NCBI GenBank assembly: GCA_023254095.1 | Contig: JALNLM010000006.1 | Location: forward strand, 1-64,000 | Origin: Candidatus Geocrenenecus huangii | Lineage (GTDB): Archaea; Thermoproteota; Nitrososphaeria_A; Caldarchaeales; Wolframiiraptoraceae | Reading direction: 5' to 3' | DNA length: 64,000 bases | The notes under the pieces: model-generated | What the model was told of the DNA's origin: nothing | The model's input: the letters and a program-made list of their open reading frames with translations, nothing else | Database searches by the model: none | Position numbers and translations under genes: made by a program | Shown: positions 1-10,807 of the stretch, in pieces | Layout of the letters: each line of letters starts with the position of its first letter | Numbering within the stretch: the stretch's first letter is position 1

Positions 1-700
1 TTTTCCCGTTCTCACGAGCTCCAGTCGCTTCGCTAAAGTATAACCTGTTTTCAGGCCCAAACCTAATACATCTAATATACGTAGTGTGATTGAAGACTTT
101 ACCATAGTCTCCTACACCTAAAAGATACAATCTTATTTCTCTAGTATTAGCATCTACGTAGTAGACCTTTTCAGCTATTCCTGGATGGAATGTAAAGCAA
201 CTTATAAGCCCTCTTGTCACATTAAATAGTATCCCAAGATTATGGTATTGATAATCGTATACATATACTGCTCCAGGAACTTTGAAAGCGTCTGAAAAGT
301 AGATTCGAGAGGGATTTATGAGTTCTGCTGAAATAGCAGTAGTGCCAGAAGGGGTAGTTGTAGATGTAGTAGTGGTAGGAGTGACAGTTGTAGTACCCCC
401 AGCCGTCACGGTTGTTGTAACAGTCCTGGTAACTTCCGTCACAAAGGAAGCAACCTGAATTAGGGTGGTTGTAATAAACTCTTTTGAAGTCACAGTATAC
501 GTAGAAGTACTAAGCATTGTAGTCGCTATAGTAGTCTGAGAAGTTAAGGTAGAAGTTAAGGTTGTTGGAACAGTCCTAACCTCAGTAATTACAGTCCCCT
601 TCAAACCTAAATATCCAGCCATGGGCGGATAATTTACAGCAGCATATGCTCCAGCTACGAACATTAATATAGACATAACCACTATAAGGATTTTACTCAT
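1..700 (-). CDS. Thr/Ser-rich cell-surface protein with N-terminal signal/anchor and probable beta-propeller domain; 3' end runs off the window
   Basis: Hand-translated open frame from ATG at 700: MSKILIVVMSILMFVAGAYAAV..., a long Thr-rich linker (TVTTTVTAGGTTTVTPTTTTSTTTP), then RIYFSD.../FGPENRLYFSE blade-like motifs. Absent from the ORF track because there is no stop in the window. Confidence 0.75.
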   Translation of the reverse strand, partial: MSKILIVVMSILMFVAGAYAAVNYPPMAGYLGLKGTVITEVRTVPTTLTSTLTSQTTIATTMLSTSTYTVTSKEFITTTLIQVASFVTEVTRTVTTTVTAGGTTTVTPTTTTSTTTPSGTTAISAELINPSRIYFSDAFKVPGAVYVYDYQYHNLGILFNVTRGLISCFTFHPGIAEKVYYVDANTREIRLYLLGVGDYGKVFNHTTYIRCIRFGPENRLYFSEATGARENGK

Positions 701-1087
701 CTCTCACACCTCGTAGTTATGGCCTCTTCAAAATATAAATGTTCTGCTGTTAGAAGCTTCCGGTAAAACAACATTTCATCCATTTTAAGACAATTTATTA
801 GTGGTCGTAGAGATAAAAGATTCTAAGACAGTTAACCTGCGACCAAGATTAAAGAAGAGCTTGTAAAGTATGCAACAAAGAATAAAGATGTTACTACAAT
901 GATAGGGCTAATGTAGATAACCCTATTGAGGAGCTTAAAGATGGAACAAAGAGATTCTACAACACACTCATAAAAACCAGGATAGAAGGAGGCAAATTAC
1001 CTGGTTGACAGTACCAGCTGGACAATGGTAGAAGATTTCTTAAAAATTTTGGAAAACTAATACGGCACTATTTTAGATTGCTAAATA

Positions 1088-1186
1088 TGCCCCGGGCAGG
1101 ATTTGAACCTGCGACAACCCGGTTTCTAATGTTTCCTATTCTAGCGATCTTCAGCCGGGCGCTCTCCCGGGCTGAGCTACCGGGGC
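1088..1186 (-). tRNA. tRNA-Phe(GAA) with 25-nt intron at 37/38 (1124-1148)
   Basis: Reverse complement GCCCCGG-TAGCTCAG...CCCGG CT GAA G [intron] A CCGGG...GGTTCAAATCC...CCGGGGC A forms a full cloverleaf. Confidence 0.95.
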
Positions 1187-1276
1187 CGTTCTTCTAAATG
1201 TTCATCGTTTCTTAAAAACCTTAACCATCTTTATAGATTTTATTTCTTTATTATTCCTCGATTTTTCAAGCGTCTC

Positions 1277-2581
1277 TTATCGTTTTACTATATTTTTTGC
1301 AAATTCTTCTGTTGCTTGTATTAGTTTTTCTATGTCTTCTATTGTGTGGGCCGATGAGATGAAGAATTGGGGGTTTTCATATGTTAAAGCAATTATCCTG
1401 TTCTCTAATAGATGCTTGAAGTATTTTCTTGATTTTTCTTTATCCTTCATTGTTTGAGCCGTCTTTACATCTCTAGGTCTGACAGGCGTGAAGTGTACCC
1501 CTACAAGTGAGCCAATACCGGTAGTGTAGCCTAACCCAAGCTTCTCTAATATTTCTCCAATATTCTTTCTTAGCTTTTCTCCGAGATTGTCTAGGTAAGT
1601 GTATATCTCGGGTCTTCTCTCTAATTCTGAAAGGAGAGTGTATCCAGCTACTGTCATGAGCATATTGGCTGTGAATGTCCCGCCCTGGAAGACTCTTTCG
1701 TGGTATTCTCTATGTTTTGTTTGGTCGAGTAGCTCCATAAACTCGTTTCTTCCTCCAAACGCTCCTACCGCGAATTCTCCTCCTCCAACTATCTTGCCTA
1801 GTGTCGTTATGTCAGGCATAACGTTATATATCTTCTGAGCTCCTCCGGCCGATAGCCTGAAACCTGTTATCACTTCATCGAATATAAGTAATGCATTCTT
1901 ACGGTCACATATCTCTCTGAGACCCTTCAAGAATTCTACATCAGCAGGTATCATTCCCCCCGCTCCTGCGACTGGCTCAACGATAATTCCTGCGATTTCA
2001 ATCTTCCCGACTGCTTTTTCTACTCTTTCTAGGTCATTATATGGTAAGACCATTGTATCTCCTATTGCTTCACTAGTTAGACCTGCACATACTTTATCAT
2101 AGGGAGGGGATACAGCGACATGCAGTGCATCGTATCCGCCATGCCAGTTTCCTTCAAATTTCACGATAACTGTTTTCCTAGTATATGCTCTGGCAAGCCT
2201 TACTGCATACATGTTTGCTTCCGTTCCACTATTCGTAAATCTAACTTTATCTATGCTTGGAACCATTCTAGAGATCTGTCTTGCGAGATTTATCTCCCAT
2301 TCATGTGGTAAACCAACATGTATACCGTACTCGATCTGTCTATTGATAGCTTCCATGACGGGCGGATATTTGTGGCCCATGAGTTTTGCGCCGTGACCGA
2401 TCCAGTAATCAGTATACTCGTTTCCATCAACATCGACTAGTTTCTGTGCATAAGCTTTATAGACATAGAAAGGATAAGGCTCGAAGTATCTAATAGAGTA
2501 GGTTACCCCGCCTGGCAGATATTGTTTAGCTTTCTCAAATAATTCTCGAGATCTAGGAGTTGAAGATTCATATGTTGTCAT
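1277..2581 (-). CDS. hemL: Glutamate-1-semialdehyde 2,1-aminomutase (class III aminotransferase)
   Basis: PGGV, DVDGNEY, FTNSGTEA, FEGNWHG, LIFDEVITGFR, TLGKIVGGG motifs. Confidence 0.8.
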   Translation of the reverse strand: MTTYESSTPRSRELFEKAKQYLPGGVTYSIRYFEPYPFYVYKAYAQKLVDVDGNEYTDYWIGHGAKLMGHKYPPVMEAINRQIEYGIHVGLPHEWEINLARQISRMVPSIDKVRFTNSGTEANMYAVRLARAYTRKTVIVKFEGNWHGGYDALHVAVSPPYDKVCAGLTSEAIGDTMVLPYNDLERVEKAVGKIEIAGIIVEPVAGAGGMIPADVEFLKGLREICDRKNALLIFDEVITGFRLSAGGAQKIYNVMPDITTLGKIVGGGEFAVGAFGGRNEFMELLDQTKHREYHERVFQGGTFTANMLMTVAGYTLLSELERRPEIYTYLDNLGEKLRKNIGEILEKLGLGYTTGIGSLVGVHFTPVRPRDVKTAQTMKDKEKSRKYFKHLLENRIIALTYENPQFFISSAHTIEDIEKLIQATEEFAKNIVKR

Positions 2582-2681
2582 AACCTTCCTCTACTAAAGG
2601 CATATCCTATCCTATAAACATAACTATCACTGAAATCCGATGAACATATTCAGTATTCAGCTTATTTCATACATTATATCA

Positions 2682-3713
2682 CTAAGTTCTTCTGTATTTC
2701 TTGGAGAGCAGGATGAGAAAGATGGGCGCACCGATCGATGATGTTATCGCTCCTACTGGAAGCTCGGCTGGAGCTATTATCGTTCTGGCCACCATATCTG
2801 CCAAGACTAGGATAGAAGCTCCAGTAAAGATGCTTGAGGGCAAAAGTATCCGATAATCTTCGCCTGAGAGTATTCTCGATATGTGTGGAGCTATTAACCC
2901 CATGAAGCCTATTATTCCATTAAATGCTACGGAGATAGAAGTTAGAAGAGATAATGAGATTATCATTGTCTTTCTCAGAAGGGGCACATTTACACCGAGC
3001 TGCCGTGCCTCGTCTTCTCCCAGCATCATTATATTCAACTTCCTTGCATTAAGTAAGATATAACCCACAACAGTAGCTGAGACAGAAACCATTATGAAGA
3101 GATATCTCCAAGACGAAGTTATTAAGCTTCCGAAGAGCCAGAAGATTATGCCATAAGTCTTCCCAGCGGAGATCGTGACGACAATGGTTGTAGCTGCTGA
3201 GAATAGAAAGCTTACGGCCACGCCTGAGAGTAGGAATGCTGTGTACGTTTCACCACCTAGCCTAGAAAACATTAACGTTAACGTTAAGGCGGTTGCCGCC
3301 CCAATTAAAGCCATAGCGGGTAGAGCGTATGATGAAGAAGGTGACAAGAACGTTATCCCGAGGAGAGCTGATAAAGAGGCTGTAAAAGCTGCTCCAGATG
3401 CGATGCCGGTAACATACGGGTCTACTAATGGATTCCTGAAAATGTTCTGCATAACTGCTCCCGCAACAGATAAAGAGGCACCGATAACAATAGCTGACAC
3501 TATTCGAGGAACTCTAGTATTCATTATTAATTCGATGTTTCTCACATCTCCACGATTAAGAAGTAGATTTAGGATGTCTTCTAATCCGAATTCCGCGGTT
3601 CCATGCACTAACGATATTAGACTTAATGTTACTGTTAGTAATAACCCCACAACTATGACTAGAGTAAGCTTCTTCTTCTTTAAAGCTAGGATGGAGACCG
3701 AAATGTTGTACAT
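2682..3713 (-). CDS. FecCD/BtuC-family ABC transporter permease
   Basis: RVPR, MQNIFRNPLVDP, GIASGAA, LGEDEARQLGV, GIIGFMGLIAPH, ELPVGAIT motifs. Confidence 0.93.
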   Translation of the reverse strand: MYNISVSILALKKKKLTLVIVVGLLLTVTLSLISLVHGTAEFGLEDILNLLLNRGDVRNIELIMNTRVPRIVSAIVIGASLSVAGAVMQNIFRNPLVDPYVTGIASGAAFTASLSALLGITFLSPSSSYALPAMALIGAATALTLTLMFSRLGGETYTAFLLSGVAVSFLFSAATTIVVTISAGKTYGIIFWLFGSLITSSWRYLFIMVSVSATVVGYILLNARKLNIMMLGEDEARQLGVNVPLLRKTMIISLSLLTSISVAFNGIIGFMGLIAPHISRILSGEDYRILLPSSIFTGASILVLADMVARTIIAPAELPVGAITSSIGAPIFLILLSKKYRRT

Positions 3714-3731
3714 CTGGAACCCTTCGATACA

Positions 3732-4916
3732 TCATGCTAGGATAGAGATTGTAAATAAGTATTTAGTATATTCTTCATCAATAGTCCTCGGAATTTCTAC
3801 ATTGAATATCTCAGGATACAGTATCTTGGCTAGAAGTTCTACCGCTTCCCCTATTCTTGGACCAGGTCTAAGGAAGACGTTTTCAGCTTGACCGTACAGT
3901 AGGTAGACTCTATTATTCTTGACAGCGTTGACCGAGCTGAACCCGGGGATACTCATCAGCTTCTCCATTACTTCTTCAGGTTTCATACCTATAGACATAG
4001 CGGTGACGATTATCACTTCAGGATTTCTTGTAACTATTGTTTCAGGATTCGTCATAAACCATCCATTAGAATCAACTAGAACATTATATCCGCCTGCATA
4101 CCCTATAATGTCGTTGAGGAAAGTACTGTTCCCCGCCGTCCATATAGGCTCAAGCCATATTACTGATAGTACGCTTGTCTTTGATTTTACCTGAGTGATC
4201 TTGGATTGAACATAGTCTATCCTATCCCTTATGCTGTTGACTAGGCTCAAAGCTTTGTATTCGATATTCATTATTTTGCCTACAATCAGTATCTCTTTGT
4301 AGACATCATTCACCGTGGAAGCATCCAGGGCTACTACGGTAAGCCCTTTTTCTTCCAGTATGGGGACGATCCCTCCCTGTACCCCTGGGCTAACGAATAC
4401 TATGTCAGGTCTTAGAGCTAGGATCTTTTCAATGTTCAGAGTAGTTACTCCACCGACGTTCTCTATAATGCCTTCTTCCCTGAAACGTTTAATCTCTGGT
4501 GGATAATCACTATACTCGTCTACACCCACGATATACTCTGTTAGTTCTAAGGCTGCAAGTATCTCCGTAATACTTGGAGCACAAGACACTATTCTCTGAG
4601 GCTGCTTATCTATGGTGATATCTCTCTTCATGAAATCGATTATCTTTAAAGGGTAAGGGCTCTCAGTGATACGGGTCGTCTCAAGAGTGGTTATAGTCAA
4701 TGTTTTTGTCTTCTCAATAGTCATGGAAAACGTTGTAGTTTGACCTGCTTCGCCTATAATCTGATTTGAGGCGAAATAGATGTTGAGGCCTATGCTTACA
4801 AGAAGTATTAACAACATTGCTAGAGTAGAGGTTCGCATGTTGGATGGATTATCCATCCAGTATTTAAACAAAACGTTGAATAGTACTTGGGAATATATAC
4901 TATTCACTACATTCAT
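3732..4916 (-). CDS. Cobalamin/iron-siderophore ABC transporter substrate-binding protein (true start probably ATG at 4838)
   Basis: N-terminal TM segment and Thr-rich linker; PQRIVSCAPSITEIL, EKILALRPD, AVKNNRVY, RPGPR. Confidence 0.92.
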   Translation of the reverse strand: MNVVNSIYSQVLFNVLFKYWMDNPSNMRTSTLAMLLILLVSIGLNIYFASNQIIGEAGQTTTFSMTIEKTKTLTITTLETTRITESPYPLKIIDFMKRDITIDKQPQRIVSCAPSITEILAALELTEYIVGVDEYSDYPPEIKRFREEGIIENVGGVTTLNIEKILALRPDIVFVSPGVQGGIVPILEEKGLTVVALDASTVNDVYKEILIVGKIMNIEYKALSLVNSIRDRIDYVQSKITQVKSKTSVLSVIWLEPIWTAGNSTFLNDIIGYAGGYNVLVDSNGWFMTNPETIVTRNPEVIIVTAMSIGMKPEEVMEKLMSIPGFSSVNAVKNNRVYLLYGQAENVFLRPGPRIGEAVELLAKILYPEIFNVEIPRTIDEEYTKYLFTISILA

Positions 4917-5015
4917 CCATCAACTCGAGTGGGAGGGGTAATAGGATAATTCTTAAAGATGTTTCCCTTAGTGAAAACTGGAAAACTTTAATAGAGTATC
5001 GATATACCATGTGAT

Positions 5016-5348
5016 ATGAATAGTTACATCCAGGTCTTGACGACGACTAATTCAAGAGAAAAAGCTGAAGAGATTGCTAGAAGACTTTTGGAGAAAAGAC
5101 TTGCAGGATGCGTTCAGATCATTGGTCCAATTAGATCGATGTATTGGTGGAGAAACGTTATTGAAGAAGCTGAAGAATGGATTTGTTTTATCAAGACTAG
5201 GGCTGAGCTATACGATGATGTCGAGAAACTGATTAGGAGCCTGCACAGCTATGAAGTCCCAGAAATAATATCACTACCTATAACTACTGGTTACAAGAGA
5301 TATCTAGAATGGCTATCGAGTGAGGTGGAAGATCGCTCAATGAGATAA
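5016..5348 (+). CDS. cutA: Divalent-cation tolerance protein CutA
   Basis: LLEKRLAGCVQI, SMYWW, HSYEVPEII. Confidence 0.95.
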   Translation: MNSYIQVLTTTNSREKAEEIARRLLEKRLAGCVQIIGPIRSMYWWRNVIEEAEEWICFIKTRAELYDDVEKLIRSLHSYEVPEIISLPITTGYKRYLEWLSSEVEDRSMR

Positions 5349-5351
5349 TGG

Positions 5352-5855
5352 TTATGCTTTCTCAACCTTCTCAATAATTTCTTTCATAGAGTTCTTGATC
5401 TCGGAAAGCAACGATTCCAGTCTATCAGCTCTCTTCTTTTCTTCTTCCAGTCTAGCTTTAACTTCTTCAAGCTCGACCGTAGTTAAGTCTCTCACCGGTC
5501 TAACTTGTATCTGTGGAAACTCTATTCTTACACCTTCTCTCTGAAACTTCTCTAGAGTCTGCCTTACTAGTTGACCTGCCTTAGTCTTCCCGGTGAGGTG
5601 ACTCCTTATCGTCGCTTCGCTTCTACCAAGGTCTTCAGCTATCTGGCTCACCGTCATCTTAGCTCTTTCTCTAGCTATTGCCGCTGCAGCTACGGCGAGT
5701 GAGTCTACCCAAGTTAATCTCTCGGCAGGGTTTCTTAATTCTTCTAAGACTTCTGGTCTAAACATTGTTCCTACTAGAAGTGCGTACTCGAGTTTGTGGA
5801 TCTGTTCTCTACCGATGGGAGATAGGGGTATCTCTTCACTCACGTATACCACCAC
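5352..5855 (-). CDS. HTH regulator of the type found next to archaeal KaiC genes, with C-terminal coiled coil
   Basis: [19 protein letters not shown][24 protein letters not shown]; overlaps the kaiC-like stop. Confidence 0.85.
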   Translation of the reverse strand: MVVYVSEEIPLSPIGREQIHKLEYALLVGTMFRPEVLEELRNPAERLTWVDSLAVAAAAIARERAKMTVSQIAEDLGRSEATIRSHLTGKTKAGQLVRQTLEKFQREGVRIEFPQIQVRPVRDLTTVELEEVKARLEEEKKRADRLESLLSEIKNSMKEIIEKVEKA

Positions 5856-6579
5856 CTACTCTTATAACTTCATCTGCTTTTATCTCTATCCCCTTATTCG
5901 TGATTATGAATGGGTGCCTCCTCATGGAATGGGCTGTACTACGCATCTTCCACACAATAATGCTCCTTTTCAGTTCGCCATTAATCTCATCTAGGTCGAG
6001 CCTTACGATACCGTCTGCAGCATGTTCAACGCCTGGTCCTCCGAAGCCTCTTTCTGTAACACTTACTTGAGAGACAAGTATTGATGTGCACCCCATGCCT
6101 GATAAGACTTTCTTTAATTGAAGAACCATGCTTCTAGCTAGTGCCGGCCTAGTTATATAGAGTGTTGTAACAGAATCTATCACTACTCTTTCAGCATTTA
6201 CTTCTTTTATCGCTTCTCTGAGCACGTCTATAAGTAGATTGAAGTCTCCGGGATCCCTAACGACGTATTTTTCTCTTTTAGCTGCTTCTCCAATCCCTGC
6301 GGTGAAAGCATCTACTAAAGCGAATGACCCCTTCTCCTCAAATATTCTGACGTCCCATCCAAATTGGGCCATAGATATTCTAACTTGTACAGGGTGTTCT
6401 TCTAATACTACAAGTATTCCCGGCTCTCCTCTCTGTAAACCATTGTATAGATATTGCTGACCGAAGATGGATTTACCTGTGCCCGGCCCACCTGACAGTA
6501 ATACAACATTTCTCCTCGGTATTCCGCCTCCTAGTATCTCATCTAATCCTGGTATGCCGGTAACTACTCTCTCAATCAA
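5836..6579 (-). CDS. KaiC-like single-domain RecA-superfamily ATPase (PH0284-like family)
   Basis: TGIPGLD, Walker [14 protein letters not shown], Walker [18 protein letters not shown]. Confidence 0.93.
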   Translation of the reverse strand: MIERVVTGIPGLDEILGGGIPRRNVVLLSGGPGTGKSIFGQQYLYNGLQRGEPGILVVLEEHPVQVRISMAQFGWDVRIFEEKGSFALVDAFTAGIGEAAKREKYVVRDPGDFNLLIDVLREAIKEVNAERVVIDSVTTLYITRPALARSMVLQLKKVLSGMGCTSILVSQVSVTERGFGGPGVEHAADGIVRLDLDEINGELKRSIIVWKMRSTAHSMRRHPFIITNKGIEIKADEVIRVGGGIRE

Positions 6580-7193
6580 TCTCCATCATGTAAAACTTCA
6601 TTATTCTTTTTCAAAAACGTTTCAGGTCTAGGCAGTATGACAATACACTCCTCGGGGTCTCCGACAGCGATGTACTTGCCTTCTAGGTATGCTATACCTA
6701 CTAGAGAACACGTAATAGCGTCTAGCTCGTGGCCTGTTTCGTCACATCTTAAACCTTTTACGCCCAGCTCGGCCAGCCCCCTCTTCAGCAGGTGTAGACC
6801 TTTATTCTTTCTAGGAATCTTGAGTACGTCTTGTGCACCTCCAGGATAAACTTCGATCACCTTGTATCCTGAGACCTCCAATCTCTCTTTTAGCTTGATG
6901 GCTCTATCTGTTAGAATTCTCATTCCATGGAGGGTTGGAGGGAGGATGTGGATATTCATTTCTATTAGCTTCCTGTCACATGTCCTTAACGCTTGACCAG
7001 GTTTGGGGAGGTTTAGGGGAGCATCTATTGCAACGACCGAAGGGTCTGAAGATACTATGAATTCTATAACTTCGTCATCTTCTTTGCATAAAGATGATTC
7101 ACAGGATAGGTCTACCCTCATCCTGCATAAACCTGTATATTTCCTAGGTGTTCCTGCAAGGTCTACACCTACTGAACTCCACTTCACCCCCAT
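6576..7193 (-). CDS. DUF429-family predicted nuclease (RNase H fold)
   Basis: GVDLAG, VAIDAPL, R-x-CDR, IEVYP, HELDA. Confidence 0.85.
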   Translation of the reverse strand: MGVKWSSVGVDLAGTPRKYTGLCRMRVDLSCESSLCKEDDEVIEFIVSSDPSVVAIDAPLNLPKPGQALRTCDRKLIEMNIHILPPTLHGMRILTDRAIKLKERLEVSGYKVIEVYPGGAQDVLKIPRKNKGLHLLKRGLAELGVKGLRCDETGHELDAITCSLVGIAYLEGKYIAVGDPEECIVILPRPETFLKKNNEVLHDGD

Positions 7194-7255
7194 ATTCCCA
7201 ACCCAGTCTAAATTAACTCCAACATCACCGTGATTACTATGTTTTCGAATACTCT

Positions 7256-8359
7256 CTAGCGATTCTTGATTACTGGTGGGATTAACCCATATCTTATAGC
7301 GTGGTCGGCTAAGACTAATGCCGTCATTGCTTCAACGACTGGGACGGCTCTAGGGACAATACATGGATCATGTCTTCCTCCAACAGATATCTCCGTCCCT
7401 AACCTTTTTCTGAGATCCACCGTTTTCTGTTTTAATGCAATTGATGACGGGGGTTTAACTGATACTCTAAAAACTAGTGGCGCTCCAGTCGAGATGCCTC
7501 CAACTATTCCTCCAGCATCATTCTTCTCCACCTTTATTTCTCCGTCAACTACTACGAGTGGGTCGTTGTGTTCTGAGCCGAGCATTCTTGCTGCTTTGAA
7601 TCCTGCTCCAAATTCTACGCCTTTCACCGCTGGGATTGAAAATAACGCTTTTGCTAGGTCTGAGTCTAGGGCATCGAATACTGGTTCACCTAGACCTGGG
7701 GGGATCCCTGTTACTATACATTCAATTATTCCTCCAACACTATCTCCCCGAGACATCGCTTCGAGAATTTTTTTCTTCATTTCAACTGCTGCTTGAGTCG
7801 TGGGTGCTCTACATTCATTCTCGTATCTGTATCTTCTAGCATCTTCTAGTGTAAAGTTCTCTGCTTTCTCTCCACCTATCTCCAATGCGTATGCTGTTAT
7901 CTCTACATCTAGAAGGCTTTTGAGCAACTTCTTTGCGACCGCTCCAGCCATTACAAATCCCGCAGTAATTCTTCCAGAGAAACGGCCTCCACCTCTATAA
8001 TCATTAAATCCACCATACTTTACATAAGCGAAGTAGTCTGCGTGGCTAGGCCTAGGAGTGTATCTGAGGGATTCATAATCTTCGCTTCTAACATCTCTAT
8101 TCCAGATAACCATACATATTGGAGCACCAGTAGTATATCCGTTAAAGACTCCTGATAGGATCTCGACTCTGTCTTCTTCTCTTCTAGTAGTGGTGAGGTT
8201 TGAGGCACCAGGTCTTCTTAAGTCTAGGTCTCTCTGAATATCGTTTTCTGAAAGCTTCAACCCTGCTGGGCAACCATCCACGACTACCCCTACGCATTTT
8301 CCATGGCTCTCCCCAAAGCTTATTACTCTGAACATTTCTCCAATTATATTCCCAGCCAC
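7256..8359 (-). CDS. aroC: Chorismate synthase
   Basis: GESHG, RPSHAD, GGGRFSGR, GDSVGG, GRHDPC. Confidence 0.97.
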   Translation of the reverse strand: MAGNIIGEMFRVISFGESHGKCVGVVVDGCPAGLKLSENDIQRDLDLRRPGASNLTTTRREEDRVEILSGVFNGYTTGAPICMVIWNRDVRSEDYESLRYTPRPSHADYFAYVKYGGFNDYRGGGRFSGRITAGFVMAGAVAKKLLKSLLDVEITAYALEIGGEKAENFTLEDARRYRYENECRAPTTQAAVEMKKKILEAMSRGDSVGGIIECIVTGIPPGLGEPVFDALDSDLAKALFSIPAVKGVEFGAGFKAARMLGSEHNDPLVVVDGEIKVEKNDAGGIVGGISTGAPLVFRVSVKPPSSIALKQKTVDLRKRLGTEISVGGRHDPCIVPRAVPVVEAMTALVLADHAIRYGLIPPVIKNR

Positions 8360-8393
8360 TTCTCTCCTCCTACTATATTTGCTGGAGGCTTAT

Positions 8394-9686
8394 CTATATT
8401 TCTTTGAATGAAACATTAAGTCTCTCTAGATCTTTTAGAAAGCCTGGATACGAGATCTCCGCCCATCTTAATCCGTTAACTATGCATCCCTTCTTCGTTG
8501 ATGCAGAGAGGATTGTGAAAGCCATGAATAATCTATGATCTTTATGTGCGTCTAGTTCGACGCCGCCTTCAAGCTCTTCTCTCCCCACAATTTTCATCCC
8601 ATCTTCAAATACTTCTACTTGGACGCCAAGCTTCACCAGCTCATCCGCTACACAGGATATCCTATCACTTTCCTTGAATCGAGCATGTTTAACTCCTTTG
8701 ATGATTGTTTGGCTAGGGGTTTTCGCTGCCATAACCGCTAAGACTGGGAGGAGGTCGGGTGAATCTCTAAGGATGAACTCTTTATCACGTGGGGAGGGGC
8801 CCGAGCTTTCAGCCGAGACTGTATCCTCGACTATTCTTATCTTTACATCGAATTCTCTTAGAACATCTAATATTGCGGAATCTGCTTGTGGTAGGCTGAG
8901 GTCGAGATTTCGAACTTCTACTTTACTTCTAGTCAGGTATGCTCCAGCTAGGATGAATGATGAGGAGCTGAAATCTCCTGGAACCTTGAAAGATGTTGGG
9001 CGTCCACTTTGGCCTGGGTCTATCATGAACACCGAGTATCCTTCTCTCTTGATCTCGAAACCATATCTTTTCAAGACTTCGATAGTTGCATCAACATAAT
9101 TTCTCGAGACTAGTTGTCCAACTATTCTTATCTCTGTGTATTTTTCAGCTCTAGTTGAAGCTATTAGGAGAGCCGAGATAAATTGGGAAGATATGTCTCC
9201 TCGAATAGTTGCTTCTCCACCCTTCATTCCGCCTGATCTTACGATTATTGGTGCGCACCCATTCCCCCTACTTGACCAGCATTCTACTCCCAGCATCTTT
9301 AGAGCGTCAAGCAAAGGCTGCATAGGTCTCCTTCTTAGACTATCATCTCCAGTAAGTATAACATAGCCTGGCGGAGCGAGAGAAGATATCGCCGTGAACA
9401 ATCTCAACGTGGTTCCAGAGTTTTCAGCATCTAGAATATCGTCAGGCAAGCATAGCCTACCGCCTTTAACGATTATACTATTTTCTTTTTCCTCGACGAG
9501 TTCTGCCCCTAGCTGCTTACAGATTCTCATGGTTGCTTTTGTATCACCTGAGACGAGAGGGTTGGTGATAACGCTTTCTCCATCGATTATGAGAGAGATT
9601 GCAAAAGCTCTATGTGTATAGCTTTTACTAGGGGGGGCATTAACCTTTCCAGTCACAATCGACGGAGCCACATATAGCCTATCCAA
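8394..9686 (-). CDS. aroA: EPSP synthase
   Basis: PPSKSYTHR, NSGTTLR, SSQFISALL, KESDRI, DHRLFM. Confidence 0.97.
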   Translation of the reverse strand: MDRLYVAPSIVTGKVNAPPSKSYTHRAFAISLIIDGESVITNPLVSGDTKATMRICKQLGAELVEEKENSIIVKGGRLCLPDDILDAENSGTTLRLFTAISSLAPPGYVILTGDDSLRRRPMQPLLDALKMLGVECWSSRGNGCAPIIVRSGGMKGGEATIRGDISSQFISALLIASTRAEKYTEIRIVGQLVSRNYVDATIEVLKRYGFEIKREGYSVFMIDPGQSGRPTSFKVPGDFSSSSFILAGAYLTRSKVEVRNLDLSLPQADSAILDVLREFDVKIRIVEDTVSAESSGPSPRDKEFILRDSPDLLPVLAVMAAKTPSQTIIKGVKHARFKESDRISCVADELVKLGVQVEVFEDGMKIVGREELEGGVELDAHKDHRLFMAFTILSASTKKGCIVNGLRWAEISYPGFLKDLERLNVSFKEI

Positions 9687-9876
9687 ATCTCGCGTCGAGA
9701 GATATATGTTCAGCCTGAATATATCTATTCTCCAACCAGTTATGATCCATACACTGCAAAATGGTTAGGAGCGTAAGTTCTTTAACCATGTCATCATTTG
9801 AGGAGGGCGTTAAAATCCTTTAGAGATAGATTTCGTTTAGTGAAAGCTTATTTCTTGGGTTTAACCTCAATGTAGT

Positions 9877-10698
9877 ATGTCTGCTTCTGAACCTCGGGTA
9901 GGCGAGGAATTTTACCATGTTAGAGTGAAGCCTGGGGAAATCTCCGAGTACATCTTGCTTCCAGGAGATCCGGATCGTGTATTGAAGATTGCTCGTTACT
10001 GGGATGAGGGGAAAGAGATTTCTTTCCATAGAGAATTTAGAGTCTGGACAGGTAAAGTGAACGGAAAAGCCATCTCTGCATGTTCGACAGGTATAGGTGC
10101 GCCTTCAACTGCTATAGCCGTGGAAGAGCTCGCTAGGGCGGGTGGTAGAACGTTCATCCGTGTTGGGAGTACAGGCGCTATCCAGAAAGGTATAGACATT
10201 GGAGACGTTATAATATCTAAAGCTGCTGTAAGGCTTGAAGGTACTTCTAGACAATATGTGGTTGACGGCTACCCTGCTTCTGCAGATTACGAGGTCATGT
10301 TAGCGTTAATCCAAGCAGCTGAAAATCTTGGATTAAGATATCACGTAGGTATAACGGCTTCTACGGATAGTTTCTATGTAGGGCAAGGTAGGAAAGGGTT
10401 TAGAGAGTATAGCTGGAGTTTCTCAGAGAAGATTCTAAGCGATCTACAATCGATGAATGTGCTGAACTTTGAGATGGAGACGTCGGCAATCTTTACTCTA
10501 GCATCGATATATGGTCTACGTGCAGGAGCTGTATGCGCTGTTTTCGCGAACAGGGTTGAAGATAGATTTGGAGTGGCTGGTGAAGAAGACGCTATCAAGA
10601 CGGCCATTGAGGCAGTAAAGATCCTCTATGAATGGGATGGATTGAAAAAATCTCACGGCAAGAAATATTTCTATCCAGAGCTTGTAAAGAGTAGGTGA
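9877..10698 (+). CDS. udp: Uridine phosphorylase
   Basis: LPGDPDRV, HREF, STGIGAPS, RVGSTG, DSFYVGQGR, NFEME, ANR. Confidence 0.92.
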   Translation: MSASEPRVGEEFYHVRVKPGEISEYILLPGDPDRVLKIARYWDEGKEISFHREFRVWTGKVNGKAISACSTGIGAPSTAIAVEELARAGGRTFIRVGSTGAIQKGIDIGDVIISKAAVRLEGTSRQYVVDGYPASADYEVMLALIQAAENLGLRYHVGITASTDSFYVGQGRKGFREYSWSFSEKILSDLQSMNVLNFEMETSAIFTLASIYGLRAGAVCAVFANRVEDRFGVAGEEDAIKTAIEAVKILYEWDGLKKSHGKKYFYPELVKSR

Positions 10699-10807
10699 GT
10701 TAATGATAGGTAATTTATCATCATGTTCATCTGCTCGGAGTAGATTAAGAGGAAATATTTAAAAGACGCCTAGATTCTACATTCACTAGTAGGGGTGTAT
10801 TAAGGGT

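Noticed and set aside
9761-9797. Imperfect inverted repeat ATGGTTA...TAACCAT and a minus-strand ATGATGA between divergent aroA and udp
   Set aside because: Arms are short and there is no matching D box at a usable distance; may be an operator but the support is too weak
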